Origin: Acidobacteriota bacterium
Lineage (GTDB): Bacteria; Acidobacteriota; CAIWXX01
Assembly: GCA_040755995.1 (NCBI GenBank)
Contig: JBFMAF010000043.1
Location: 122,386 to 186,385 of the forward strand
Direction: 5' to 3'
Length of the DNA: 64,000 bases
A program made the position numbers and the translations under genes. Positions 27,982 to 37,264 of the stretch are shown one piece after another (positions within the stretch are counted from its first letter, which is position 1; every line of letters begins with the position of its first letter). The notes beneath the pieces were generated by a model. It worked only from the letters and a program-made list of their open reading frames with translations. It made no database searches and was not told where the DNA came from.

Positions 27982-28127
27982 AAACGCCGTTGGAATCGGG
28001 TGGGAAACCAATTCGGGGGGCGGCCGATCGCGCGACTCGCAGCCAAGCCCCTTCCCGCACCCGCCTGCGGTTTCGCTTCGGGTACGCGAGCGGGTGCGGG
28101 GACGGGGACCGGTACGGTCGGATTTGG

Positions 28128-29540
28128 CTACCTGAACCGATAGATGGTCCGCACGTAGAAGGTGCGGTAGTCGTTCCCCTCGCCTCGAGCCTGCTGCAGC
28201 TCAGCTATCAACGTCAGTGCGCCTGCGAGCCTGTACGAAAGAGACGCTCCGATGATCTGGTAGCCGGGAACGGGCGTCAACTGCAGGCTGGTACCGATTT
28301 CGGTGATCACGATAGCGTCGCCGTAGTTGGAGTAGTCGACCTCGGCTGTGAAGTCGCCGATGGATCGCGCACAGGACAGGTATACGACTCCACGCCCTGC
28401 CGAGGCTTCGAGCGAACGCGCGTAGGAGCCGTTGATGTCGAAGCCGGCGAGCTCCACTCCTGAGATCCCGATTCTCACCTGGCGCGTCAGTTGATCGCTC
28501 TGGCTCCTCTTGAAGACGCTCATTCCGCCGTAGACCCTCATGCTCCGGTACAGACGATACCGGACGTCAAACATGAAGTTCTGGTAGTAGTAGTTGCCGA
28601 TCACGTACGGATCCGTGATCAAGCCGCCGTCGGAAGCCGCGATCAGGAGTCTTCTATAGTCGATCGAGCGCCCAAAGCTGAATGAGCCGGAGAACGACAG
28701 GTCCTTGTTCACGGCGACTCCTCCTGAGGCCAGGAAGCGCGAGAGCCGGTTCGCGCCGGGGATGCCCGGGCCGAGCTCGTACTCCAGGCTCTGGTACAGC
28801 GAGGTCCCGGGCCTGGCGTAGATGAAGTTCTGCACCGAGAGGAATCGTCGTTCCGTCTTTCCGCGGAGGAGGACCTCGGTGAGAGCCACATCGGATCTCG
28901 ATCCCCCCGCCGACTGGAGAGTCACGTAGCCGCCCGCCGTGACTGTGTCCGAGGAGAAGGCCGCCGTGTAGAAGTCCGGGACGACCCCGCCGTATCCGCC
29001 CAAGGAGAGGGATCCGTGACGGTAGCCGGCGCGGACGCCGTCGATGGTTCCTATACTACCGACGTCGTAAATTGACATCCGTCCCGCAGACACCTCGTAT
29101 GAAGTGGCGCGGTACGTGGCCTTCGCGTCGTAGATGAAGAGGGTCGAAGGGTGATTCCCGGCGACGTAGTGACGGTTGCGGAGATTCAGGTCGAAGGACC
29201 ACCCCGACTGGCCCTTCGGGCGGAAGGTGGTCGTGATCTGGTAGCCGAGGGTTGTCACCGGGTCCTGACCCGGTACGGCCAGTGCATAGGCATCCGTCGA
29301 GAACCAACCCGTGAGCGCCGGGGTTGGGCGCGCGGCCGGCAACTCCTGTCCGCCCGCGGCGCACGAACCTGCCAGCAGCGCAGCCCCGATCGCTGCCAGC
29401 ACGGAATTCACAACGAACCGGTCGTAGAGGCGGTGGGGAGCTCCTCCAGGCGACCCGGCTGCCGTACTGCTCGCCTGTCCTCGGTTTGCGGTTGAACGTG
29501 CCGGCGGCCGTACCACCAGCCGTCTACCGATGCGCTTCAT
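28128..29540 (-). CDS. Putative outer-membrane beta-barrel protein
   Basis: Hydrophobic signal-like stretch, then alternating Tyr/Gly/Ser-rich strands ending RTIYRFR; ATG 29540 after GGGAGG; true start may lie further downstream. Confidence 0.65.
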   Translation of the reverse strand: MKRIGRRLVVRPPARSTANRGQASSTAAGSPGGAPHRLYDRFVVNSVLAAIGAALLAGSCAAGGQELPAARPTPALTGWFSTDAYALAVPGQDPVTTLGYQITTTFRPKGQSGWSFDLNLRNRHYVAGNHPSTLFIYDAKATYRATSYEVSAGRMSIYDVGSIGTIDGVRAGYRHGSLSLGGYGGVVPDFYTAAFSSDTVTAGGYVTLQSAGGSRSDVALTEVLLRGKTERRFLSVQNFIYARPGTSLYQSLEYELGPGIPGANRLSRFLASGGVAVNKDLSFSGSFSFGRSIDYRRLLIAASDGGLITDPYVIGNYYYQNFMFDVRYRLYRSMRVYGGMSVFKRSQSDQLTRQVRIGISGVELAGFDINGSYARSLEASAGRGVVYLSCARSIGDFTAEVDYSNYGDAIVITEIGTSLQLTPVPGYQIIGASLSYRLAGALTLIAELQQARGEGNDYRTFYVRTIYRFR

Positions 29541-30071
29541 CGTGCTTGCCTCCCTTCGGTCACCTGCGGTACCAGTCAGATAACCGGCATAGAATGCCTG
29601 CCATGTGAACCGAACCCCGGCGACCACACCGCGACTCGCAGCTCCAGGGGAAAGTCGCGTCCGCGGGCGCCCGTCGGACAGCGCGCCCACCAGCACGCTC
29701 AGTTCGTCACGACGGCACCACGTGCGATCGGCTGAGCCACTTTCATCATGAATCCCGGCGCGTTGATACTCGCAGTGCTCGAATCCGTTCTGCCCACGCG
29801 AAATTACCCGCGGCACTCGAAGCTTGTCAACACGATTTCCAGTAGGGATTGGCAGCGTGTGATCTACGTCACACGCTCCGGTGCCGCGGTCTTGGTCGCA
29901 AGCTCTGGCGCGATGCGTCATCGCCACACTCAGCGGGGGCGCAGGAAGTGACGCAGAGACGCGGCGAGGGGTGCAGTCACGTTCCACGCGTCTCGCGCCA
30001 CACCATTGAGATTCCGGTGCCGACCCGCTATGCTCATTGTGGTTATGGACATCATGCGAAAGGTCCGTGAG

Positions 30072-30242
30072 ATGCATACACAGGATTGGATATTGCTGGG
30101 GGTCCTCGCACTCTATCTTGTCTTGCAGTTCTACGTGTTTCCGAAGCTCGGCGTACCCACCTGAGGGTCCCGGGTATGCAAGACCGAGGATCGGTCGAAA
30201 TCCGGCACGACACTGAAGCTCTTCGACGACGAGAAGCACTGA
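30072..30242 (+). CDS. Small membrane protein, candidate selenoprotein (in-frame TGA at codon 31)
   Basis: MHTQDWILLGVLALYLVLQFYVFPKLGVPT-U-GSRVCKTEDRSKSGTTLKLFDDEKH; SD-like GAAAGG; hairpin downstream of the TGA. Confidence 0.6.
30182..30196 (+). promoter_or_regulatory. Putative bacterial SECIS hairpin
   Basis: GACCGA-GGA-TCGGTC; stem starts after 17 nt and G-led loop after 23 nt downstream of TGA 30162-64. Confidence 0.5.
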
Positions 30243-30311
30243 GCCGCCTCCCCTAGCGTCTGCCCCCTTGGCGGCTGCGCAGCGGATCGGACTGCGCACC
30301 TTCGCAGGCGG

Positions 30312-30347
30312 AACTGCCAACTGACAACCGACAACTGCCAACTGCCA
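30312..30347. repeat. Heptamer tandem repeat (AACTGMC family, reverse orientation)
   Basis: AACTGCC AACTGAC AACCGAC AACTGCC AACTGCC. Confidence 0.8.
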
Positions 30348-30420
30348 TCGACTTGAAGCCTCCTCTGCACTGGGCATAGAATGGGCGCCTTCGCCCCGAG
30401 GGCGCAGTATGGAGGGAGAC

Positions 30421-31812
30421 ATGGTTTATATCCCCTGGATCATCGCGGTCTTGGTTGTCGTCGTCATAGTTCTTCTCTGGGCCAAGAATTACCACAAGGT
30501 GGGGCCCAACCAGGTGCTGGTCATCGTGGGCCGTACCAGCACGATCATCGACAAGGACGGGCGCGGAAAGAAGGTGGGCTACCGCCTCCAGGTAGGCGGC
30601 GGAACGTTCGTCTGGCCGATGCTGGAGAGCGCCGAGGTGTTCCCGCTCGAGGTCCAGTCGATTGCGCTTCGCTGCCCCGAGGTGCTCACGAGACAGGGTG
30701 TCGTCATTTCCGCCGAGGCGCAGGGACAGGTGAAGGCTGCCAGCGACGAGCCGCTGCTCCATCGCGCCGTCGAGAATTTTCTTTCGAAAGGAACCTCCGG
30801 AATCTCGTACGTGGCACAGGAGGTCCTCGAGGGGCACATGCGCGGCATGTTCGGAACGATGACGGTCGAGGAGATCTACTCGCAGCGCGAGGAATTCGCG
30901 CGGCGCCTGCGCGAAGAGGTGGCGGCCGATTTCTCGCGGCTCGGCCTGGAGGTTGTCTCGTTCTCGCTCAAGGACATCTCTGATGCACAGGGGTACATCC
31001 AGTCGCTCGGCGCGGGCCGAATCGCCGAGGTCAAGCGCGACGCCGCAATCGCGCAGGCCGATGCCGAGCGTGATTCGGCCATCCACGCGGCACAGTCGCG
31101 GAAGGACGGCGATGTTGCGCGGTTGAAGGCGGAGGCCGAGCTGGCCGAGGCCACTCGCGATTTCGAGTCGCAACGCGCGGACTACCAGGGGGTCGTGAAC
31201 GTGAAACGGGCGCAGGCGGATGCCGCGTACGAGCTCGAGCGGTCGCGACTTGCGATGGACATCAAGCAGCAGGACTACCAGGTGAAGCTGGCCGAGAAGG
31301 AGCTCGCGCGGCAGGTGGAGGAGAAGGAGGTCGCGCGGCGCGAGAAGGAGCTCGAGGCCACCGTGAAGGTGCCCGCGCAGGCAATGCAGTTCCAGGCGAG
31401 GATCGAGGCCGAGACCGAGGCGTATCGCAAGGAGCTGGACGCCAAGGGCAAGGCAGCGGGCGTCAGGCTCGACGGCACGGCCCAGGCCGAAGCCATCACC
31501 GCCAGGGGCCAGGCCGAAGCCTCAGCCATGCGTGAAAAAGCCACCGCCTGGAAGGAATACACCGACGCAGCGCTCGCCGAGATGGTAATCAAATCTCTTC
31601 CTGACCTGGCTCGGGCCGTCTCCGAGCCGCTCTCCAAGGTCGACAAGATCGTCATGGTAGGGGATGCCGAGGGAGTCCAGAAGGTGACCGGGCAGGTCGC
31701 TGCGGTGCTCGCGCAGCTCCCACCCACGATCGAGAGCCTCACCGGACTCAGACTGCAGGATCTGCTCGGCCGCCTGAAGAAAAGCAAGGAGAGCCCTGAT
31801 GAGAAGAAGTAG
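30421..31812 (+). CDS. Flotillin / SPFH domain protein
   Basis: N-terminal TM, GGGTFVWP, LEGHMRG, SFSLKDISD, EA-rich coiled coil, PLSKVDKIVMV; ATG 30421 after GGAGGGAG. Confidence 0.92.
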   Translation: MVYIPWIIAVLVVVVIVLLWAKNYHKVGPNQVLVIVGRTSTIIDKDGRGKKVGYRLQVGGGTFVWPMLESAEVFPLEVQSIALRCPEVLTRQGVVISAEAQGQVKAASDEPLLHRAVENFLSKGTSGISYVAQEVLEGHMRGMFGTMTVEEIYSQREEFARRLREEVAADFSRLGLEVVSFSLKDISDAQGYIQSLGAGRIAEVKRDAAIAQADAERDSAIHAAQSRKDGDVARLKAEAELAEATRDFESQRADYQGVVNVKRAQADAAYELERSRLAMDIKQQDYQVKLAEKELARQVEEKEVARREKELEATVKVPAQAMQFQARIEAETEAYRKELDAKGKAAGVRLDGTAQAEAITARGQAEASAMREKATAWKEYTDAALAEMVIKSLPDLARAVSEPLSKVDKIVMVGDAEGVQKVTGQVAAVLAQLPPTIESLTGLRLQDLLGRLKKSKESPDEKK

Positions 31813-31829
31813 CTCTCTTCGGGAAAGCT

Positions 31830-34160
31830 ATGCTGTCTGACCGGGCGAACCGCATCGCGCTTTCTCCGACCCTCCGCGTGAGCGCGCGCGCTCAGCAGAT
31901 GCGCGCTCAGGGGATCGACGTCGTGGATCTTTCTGCCGGCGAGCCGGATTTCCCCACACCGGAAATCATCAAGCGGGCGGCAAAGGCGGCCATCGATGCC
32001 AATTTCACAAAATACGTCGCAAACGATGGCATCCCGGAGCTCAAGCAGGCGATCAAGGAGAAGTTGCAGCGCGAGAACAATCTGACCTACTCGCCCGACG
32101 AGATCATCGTCTCGTGCGGGGCGAAGAATTCGCTCTACAACATTGCGATGGCGCTGTTCGGTCCTGGCGACGATGTGCTGGTTCCTTCGCCCTGCTGGGT
32201 GTCCTACCCCGACCAGGTGCGTCTCGCCGGAGCGAACCCGGTCTTCATTCCGACATACGAAGAGAACGGCTTTCGCCTCCAGGCCAAGGACCTGCTCGCT
32301 TCGATCACGCCGAACACCAAGGCGCTGGTCCTGAACTACCCGTGCAATCCGACGGGGGCGGCGTACTCGCGGGACGAGCTGGAAGCCATCGCGGATGTGT
32401 GCGTGCGCGAGGAGATCTTCGTCGTCGCGGATGAGATCTACGAGAAGCTGATTTACGACGGAGCTCGTTTTGTCTCGATCGGATCCCTGAACGAGAAGAT
32501 CAAGAAGCTCACCCTTACGGTGAACGGTTTCTCCAAGGCGTTTTCGATGACGGGTTGGCGGCTCGGTTATGCGGCCGGCCCCAAGGAGATCATCGCAGCC
32601 TGCTCGAAGATCCAGTCTCACAACACCTCGAACGCGACCTCCTTCGTCCAGAAGGCCGCCGTCGACGGGCTACGGTCCTGCGCGATGGAGATCGAACGGA
32701 TGCGGCAGGAGTTCGAACGGCGCCGCAATTTCGTCGTCTACAAGCTGAGGGCGATCCCAGGGGTCTCGTGCTATTCGCCGCAGGGGGCTTTCTATGCGCT
32801 CCCAAACATTGGGCGCTACCTGAGATGCGAGTTCGAGGGCGCGCCGATCCGCAACACCTACGGCCTCGCCTACTACCTGCTGAAGGATGCCCACGTCGCC
32901 CTGATCGCAGGCGAGGCGTTCGACGCCAGCGAGCACATCCGGCTGTCGTTCGCAACCTCCATGCAGCGTCTCGAAGAGGGCATGCGCCGGATCGCTCAGG
33001 CGCTGGCGCGCCTCGAGGAACCGAGGCGCCTGAGGCCCCGGGCGCTCAACAACGTCGTCACCAAAATCAACGACTACGTCCCGACCCGCCCGGTCGGGTC
33101 GCTGGTGGAACGGAATGCGCTGCTGGCCGAGGCCGAAGCACATCTGCCCGCCGACAGCTACTTCGAGTGGAACGCGGCCGTCGCGGGAGCCATCATCCAG
33201 CTCCGCACAAGCTCCCCTCATCTCGCGGACTTCTACCAGGAGAACTTCTACCCGGCTACACTGGAGGGAGACCTGGAGCCCCACGCCGTGATCTACGGAA
33301 TCAAGGACGTGGCCGGCAGGGAGCCGCAGGCGTTCCTGAGCCGCGACACGGCGACGGCGGTCGTGTTCAACACGGCCTACTACGGCCAGGTCAGGTCGTT
33401 GGCCCTCTGCCTGGCCGCCGAAGCGTCGCTGCGCACTTCCGGCGCATTCCTCGCTCACTGCGCGGCGCTCGACAAGGACGCCCGCGGCGTGCTCGTGTGG
33501 GGCGGGCCCGGCTCGGGCCGGACCGCCGTGCTTGCCGCCGCGTTGCGCGAGCCGGGTGTCCGACTGGTGGCCGGCGACTCCGTGCTCATGAGGCTCTCCG
33601 GCGGAGAACCGGTGGCCGATCTGGTCGAGCGGAAGCTATACGTGAAGGCGAAGTGGGCGAAGCACCTGCCCGAGATCGAGAAGCTCGTCGATCGCTGCAA
33701 GCTCGAAAACCTCGTGACCAGCCGGGAGCAGTGTGCCGTCGAGTACTGCCCCGAAGGGGACAACTGCGTGCTGGACCGGGGTGCGCCTGCGTGCTCGATC
33801 GCGTCCACCCGCGGCCGCATCATGTTGGACCCGTATTGGCTTGGCGGCGCACAGAGACACGCCCGCCGGACCGTCGCACGGGCCTGCGTATTCGTCTGCA
33901 AGGACCCCATACAGCCGCCGGTGAAGGAGATAGGAGCGAATGAGGCCAGCCGATGGATGGTGGGGGGACAGCTGCCCGGCAGCACGGGGCGCTCGGTACT
34001 GTTCATGAATCCACATGTCGAAGGAATGGACAGCGCGCGAAACGAATTGCTGCGACAACTGCACGAGCGGCTTTTCAGCCAGACACGTTGTGTGCTTATC
34101 AATACGGCCATGGGTACGCCCGAATCGGTGGCGAGGCGGCTCCTGGAGACGTTGAAGTAG
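31830..34160 (+). CDS. Class I PLP aminotransferase (aspartate aminotransferase-like) fused to a PEPCK/HPrK-like P-loop domain
   Basis: GEPDFPTP, NYPCNPTG, DEIYE, GFSKAFSMTGWRLGY; extra ~370 aa with HCAAL..GVLVWGGPGSGRT. Confidence 0.88.
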   Translation: MLSDRANRIALSPTLRVSARAQQMRAQGIDVVDLSAGEPDFPTPEIIKRAAKAAIDANFTKYVANDGIPELKQAIKEKLQRENNLTYSPDEIIVSCGAKNSLYNIAMALFGPGDDVLVPSPCWVSYPDQVRLAGANPVFIPTYEENGFRLQAKDLLASITPNTKALVLNYPCNPTGAAYSRDELEAIADVCVREEIFVVADEIYEKLIYDGARFVSIGSLNEKIKKLTLTVNGFSKAFSMTGWRLGYAAGPKEIIAACSKIQSHNTSNATSFVQKAAVDGLRSCAMEIERMRQEFERRRNFVVYKLRAIPGVSCYSPQGAFYALPNIGRYLRCEFEGAPIRNTYGLAYYLLKDAHVALIAGEAFDASEHIRLSFATSMQRLEEGMRRIAQALARLEEPRRLRPRALNNVVTKINDYVPTRPVGSLVERNALLAEAEAHLPADSYFEWNAAVAGAIIQLRTSSPHLADFYQENFYPATLEGDLEPHAVIYGIKDVAGREPQAFLSRDTATAVVFNTAYYGQVRSLALCLAAEASLRTSGAFLAHCAALDKDARGVLVWGGPGSGRTAVLAAALREPGVRLVAGDSVLMRLSGGEPVADLVERKLYVKAKWAKHLPEIEKLVDRCKLENLVTSREQCAVEYCPEGDNCVLDRGAPACSIASTRGRIMLDPYWLGGAQRHARRTVARACVFVCKDPIQPPVKEIGANEASRWMVGGQLPGSTGRSVLFMNPHVEGMDSARNELLRQLHERLFSQTRCVLINTAMGTPESVARRLLETLK

Positions 34161-34259
34161 AAATCAGTTGACAGTTGCCGGAAAGCTATTGGGCACCTCA
34201 CTTGTAATGCAACATCCGCACCTCTACGGACACGCCCACGACGAGGTGGTGGGACGGTA

Positions 34260-35507
34260 GTGGAGATCCAGAGGTCGAAGAAAGCGGAGCACACCGAGAT
34301 ACGTCTGCACGGGCGCCTGGACGCCTCCTGGTGCGGCCAGTTGGAAGCCGAGCTGGACGATGTGATCCGCGCCGGGGAAACGCGCGTCAGGCTGCAGATG
34401 AGCCAGGTGGCCTTCATGAGCTCCGCCGGCATCCGCGTTCTGCTGAAATACCTCAAGATGCTGAAAGGGCTCGGGGGCACCTTCCGCGTCGTCGATCCCT
34501 CGAAAGCAGTGAGCACAGTTCTCGAGCTGTCGGGCCTGGCGGGTCTCCTTCTCGGAAGCGAACCGCCGCCGGCCACACTCGCGGCCCAGGCGACCGAGCC
34601 TTCCGAGATCGCAATTGGGCCACTGCGGTGCAGCGTCCACAACGTGGCAGCGGGCGGATCTCTCAGGTGCAGGCTCGCCGGCGACCCCTCGCGCCTCGGC
34701 AACGCGCAGTATGCCCCGGCTGACGCCCGTGCAGTTGATCTCGGACCGAACCATCTTGCCGTTGGGATCGGAGCCTTCGGACAGGACGCCGAGGACTGTG
34801 CCGGCAGGTTTGGAGAGATGATGGCGGCCGGAGGCGCAGTGATCTGCCTGCCCACGGATGGTGCGAATGTCCCGGACTACCTGCTCTGTACAGGCACGTT
34901 CGTGCCGCGAGTGCACACGCTCTACGCGGCAGTCTGTGAGGGCCGGCTCTCCAGGTGCATCCGATTCCAGACGGAAGGGGAGGAGGCTGCGGCCGGGCTC
35001 TCAGCGATCGTGCGCGCCGCCCTACGGATCGCGGCGGCTCCGGTCGCAGGTATCGTGATGCTGGCGGAGTCGGCGGGTCTCATCGGAGCAGCTCTCAAAG
35101 CCTCTCCTGCAGCGGCGGGCACGACGCCGCGCTCGTTCGCTCACCCGGAGATCCGCAACTGGTTGACGTTTACACCTGAACCTTCATTCGACAGGAGCCT
35201 TGCACTGGTCGCAGGCATGGCGACGACCGGCGAGAAGGAGGAGCTCGCGGGGTTCGTGCGGCCTCTGGACCGCGACGGCTCCTGCGCCGGCCACTTTCAT
35301 GCTGCGGCGTTCGCATTCAAGGCGCTTCCCAAGGGGGCCATGGCTCTGGAGGAGACGGTCGCCGGGCTCTTCGAAGAGTCCAGGCTGCTCGGACTGCTTC
35401 ACCTCGTGAGCGACCACCGCGACATCGTCGGGGCAGGCGAGAGCCGCTTCGTCCGAGGCGCCGTATGGGTCAGCCCCATAGGCTCGATCACGATGGAAGG
35501 GCGATGA
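34260..35507 (+). CDS. STAS (anti-sigma antagonist) domain fused to an uncharacterised domain
   Basis: LHGRLDA..MSQVAFMSSAGIRVLL..VLELSGL; about 300 aa of unknown C-terminus. Confidence 0.8.
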   Translation: MEIQRSKKAEHTEIRLHGRLDASWCGQLEAELDDVIRAGETRVRLQMSQVAFMSSAGIRVLLKYLKMLKGLGGTFRVVDPSKAVSTVLELSGLAGLLLGSEPPPATLAAQATEPSEIAIGPLRCSVHNVAAGGSLRCRLAGDPSRLGNAQYAPADARAVDLGPNHLAVGIGAFGQDAEDCAGRFGEMMAAGGAVICLPTDGANVPDYLLCTGTFVPRVHTLYAAVCEGRLSRCIRFQTEGEEAAAGLSAIVRAALRIAAAPVAGIVMLAESAGLIGAALKASPAAAGTTPRSFAHPEIRNWLTFTPEPSFDRSLALVAGMATTGEKEELAGFVRPLDRDGSCAGHFHAAAFAFKALPKGAMALEETVAGLFEESRLLGLLHLVSDHRDIVGAGESRFVRGAVWVSPIGSITMEGR

Positions 35508-35523
35508 GCGGAGCGAGCGTGAG

Positions 35524-36474
35524 ATGACGCTGTTCATAGGATCTCTGACCATCGGCCTCATCCTCTCGCTGCTGGCGCTCGGCGTCTACGTTTCGTTCCG
35601 GATCTTCAATTTCCCCGACATCACGGCCGAAGGATCTATCACGCTCGGAGCATCCGTCTGTGCCATCATGTTGGTGAAGGGGATGGACCCGCTCTGGGCC
35701 ACGCTGGCGGGGACCGCGGCCGGAGCAGTCGCGGGGAGCGTCACGGGTATTCTGCACACGCGTTTCAAGATTCATGGGTTGTTGTCGGGCATCCTGGTGA
35801 TGACTGCGCTGTACTCGATCAACCTCCACGTGATGCAGCGCAGCAATCTGCCGCTTCTCAACGTGACGAGCCTGATGACGCGCGCCGAGCGCATCGGCAG
35901 CTGGGTGTTCGGATCTGCCGCAGAGGTCAATGTCGCGGGCTGGCAGGTGGCCGCGAACGACCTTTCAATGTTGCTATGGAGTCTGCTTCTCATCATCGCA
36001 ATCGGCATGGTCGTATACCTGTTCTTCCGTACCGACCTCGGCACGGCGATGCGCGCCACCGGCGACAACCCGCAGATGATACGGGCACTTGGGGTTCACA
36101 CCGGCAACATGATCATCGCCGGCCTGGCGTTGTCCAACGGCCTGATCGCATTGAGCGGCTCCCTGTTGGCCCAATACCAGGGGTTCGCCGACGTCCAGAT
36201 GGGCATCGGGATGCTGGTGTGGGGATTGGCGAGCGTAATCATCGGCGACGCACTCGTGCAGACGCGCCGGCTGGGGCTCACGATCGTCGGAGCCGTCATG
36301 GGCTCCGTGCTGTTCCGTCTGCTGGTCGCGATCGCTTTGCGCTGGGGGCTCGATCCGAACGATCTGAAACTCATCACGGCTGCATTCGTCTTTGTCGCCC
36401 TGGTCCTCCCTTCCGTGCTGGAGAGGGTGGTGAGGCGGAGGGATCTGCGTGCTCTACGTCCAAAGCCTCAGTAA
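35524..36474 (+). CDS. ABC transporter permease (COG4120-like)
   Basis: ALGVYVSFRIFNFPDITAEGS, LYSINL, QYQGFADVQMGIG, DLKLITA. Confidence 0.9.
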   Translation: MTLFIGSLTIGLILSLLALGVYVSFRIFNFPDITAEGSITLGASVCAIMLVKGMDPLWATLAGTAAGAVAGSVTGILHTRFKIHGLLSGILVMTALYSINLHVMQRSNLPLLNVTSLMTRAERIGSWVFGSAAEVNVAGWQVAANDLSMLLWSLLLIIAIGMVVYLFFRTDLGTAMRATGDNPQMIRALGVHTGNMIIAGLALSNGLIALSGSLLAQYQGFADVQMGIGMLVWGLASVIIGDALVQTRRLGLTIVGAVMGSVLFRLLVAIALRWGLDPNDLKLITAAFVFVALVLPSVLERVVRRRDLRALRPKPQ

Positions 36475-37261
36475 GACATTCAACCCGGGAACGCCTGACC
36501 AGGTGGAGGCGCTTCGTGGGATCAGTCTGAAGGTCGAAGAAGGCCAGTTCGTCACCGTCATCGGCACCAACGGTTCGGGCAAGTCGACACTCCTGAACGC
36601 AGTGGCTGGAACATTCGTGCCCGACGCGGGTCGCGTCGGAGTGGCCGGCAAGGATGTGACACGCTGGCCCGAACACCGGCGGGCACGCTTCATCGGGCGG
36701 GTGTTCCAGAACCCGTTCCTGGGGACGGCCCCTCACATGAGCATTGCCGAGAACCTCGCTCTTGCAACGCGACGAGGCCGGCGCCGCGGGATCGGATGGC
36801 TTCTCCCCGCAGGCCTCCGGCGGCAGATGCGCGAGCGCGTCGAGGAGTTGAAGATGGGGCTCGAGGACCGCCTCGACAACGAGATAGGAACGCTCTCAGG
36901 CGGCCAGCGCCAGGCCTTGACTCTCCTGATGGCCAGCTGGCACAAACCGCAGTTGCTGCTGCTCGACGAGCACACCGCAGCGCTCGATCCCAAGACCGCG
37001 GACCAGGTGGTCAGGCTGACGCGCGAGATCGTCGCTCGAGATAAGCTGACGACGCTGATGGTCACTCACTCGATGCAGCAGGCTGTGAACCTGGGCGACC
37101 GGCTGATCATGATGCACCGCGGCCAGATCATCCACGACTTCCAGGGCGCCGAGAGAGGCCGCCTGCGCGTCGAGGACCTGCTGAACAGGTTCGACGAGGT
37201 GCGCCGCATGGAACAGCTGGACGCCGGCGCAGCCGAGCTGCTGCGCGCGGCGTACGTCTGA
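36449..37261 (+). CDS. ABC transporter ATP-binding protein (COG1101-like)
   Basis: GTNGSGKST, LSGGQRQ, LLLDEHTAALDP. Confidence 0.92.
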   Translation: MLYVQSLSKTFNPGTPDQVEALRGISLKVEEGQFVTVIGTNGSGKSTLLNAVAGTFVPDAGRVGVAGKDVTRWPEHRRARFIGRVFQNPFLGTAPHMSIAENLALATRRGRRRGIGWLLPAGLRRQMRERVEELKMGLEDRLDNEIGTLSGGQRQALTLLMASWHKPQLLLLDEHTAALDPKTADQVVRLTREIVARDKLTTLMVTHSMQQAVNLGDRLIMMHRGQIIHDFQGAERGRLRVEDLLNRFDEVRRMEQLDAGAAELLRAAYV

Positions 37262-37264
37262 GGG

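Noticed and set aside
29541..30422. N-terminal extension of the 764-aa ORF 28128..30422
   Set aside because: It runs through a heptamer repeat, promoter-like sequence and the opposite-strand micro-ORF; an SD supports a start at 29540
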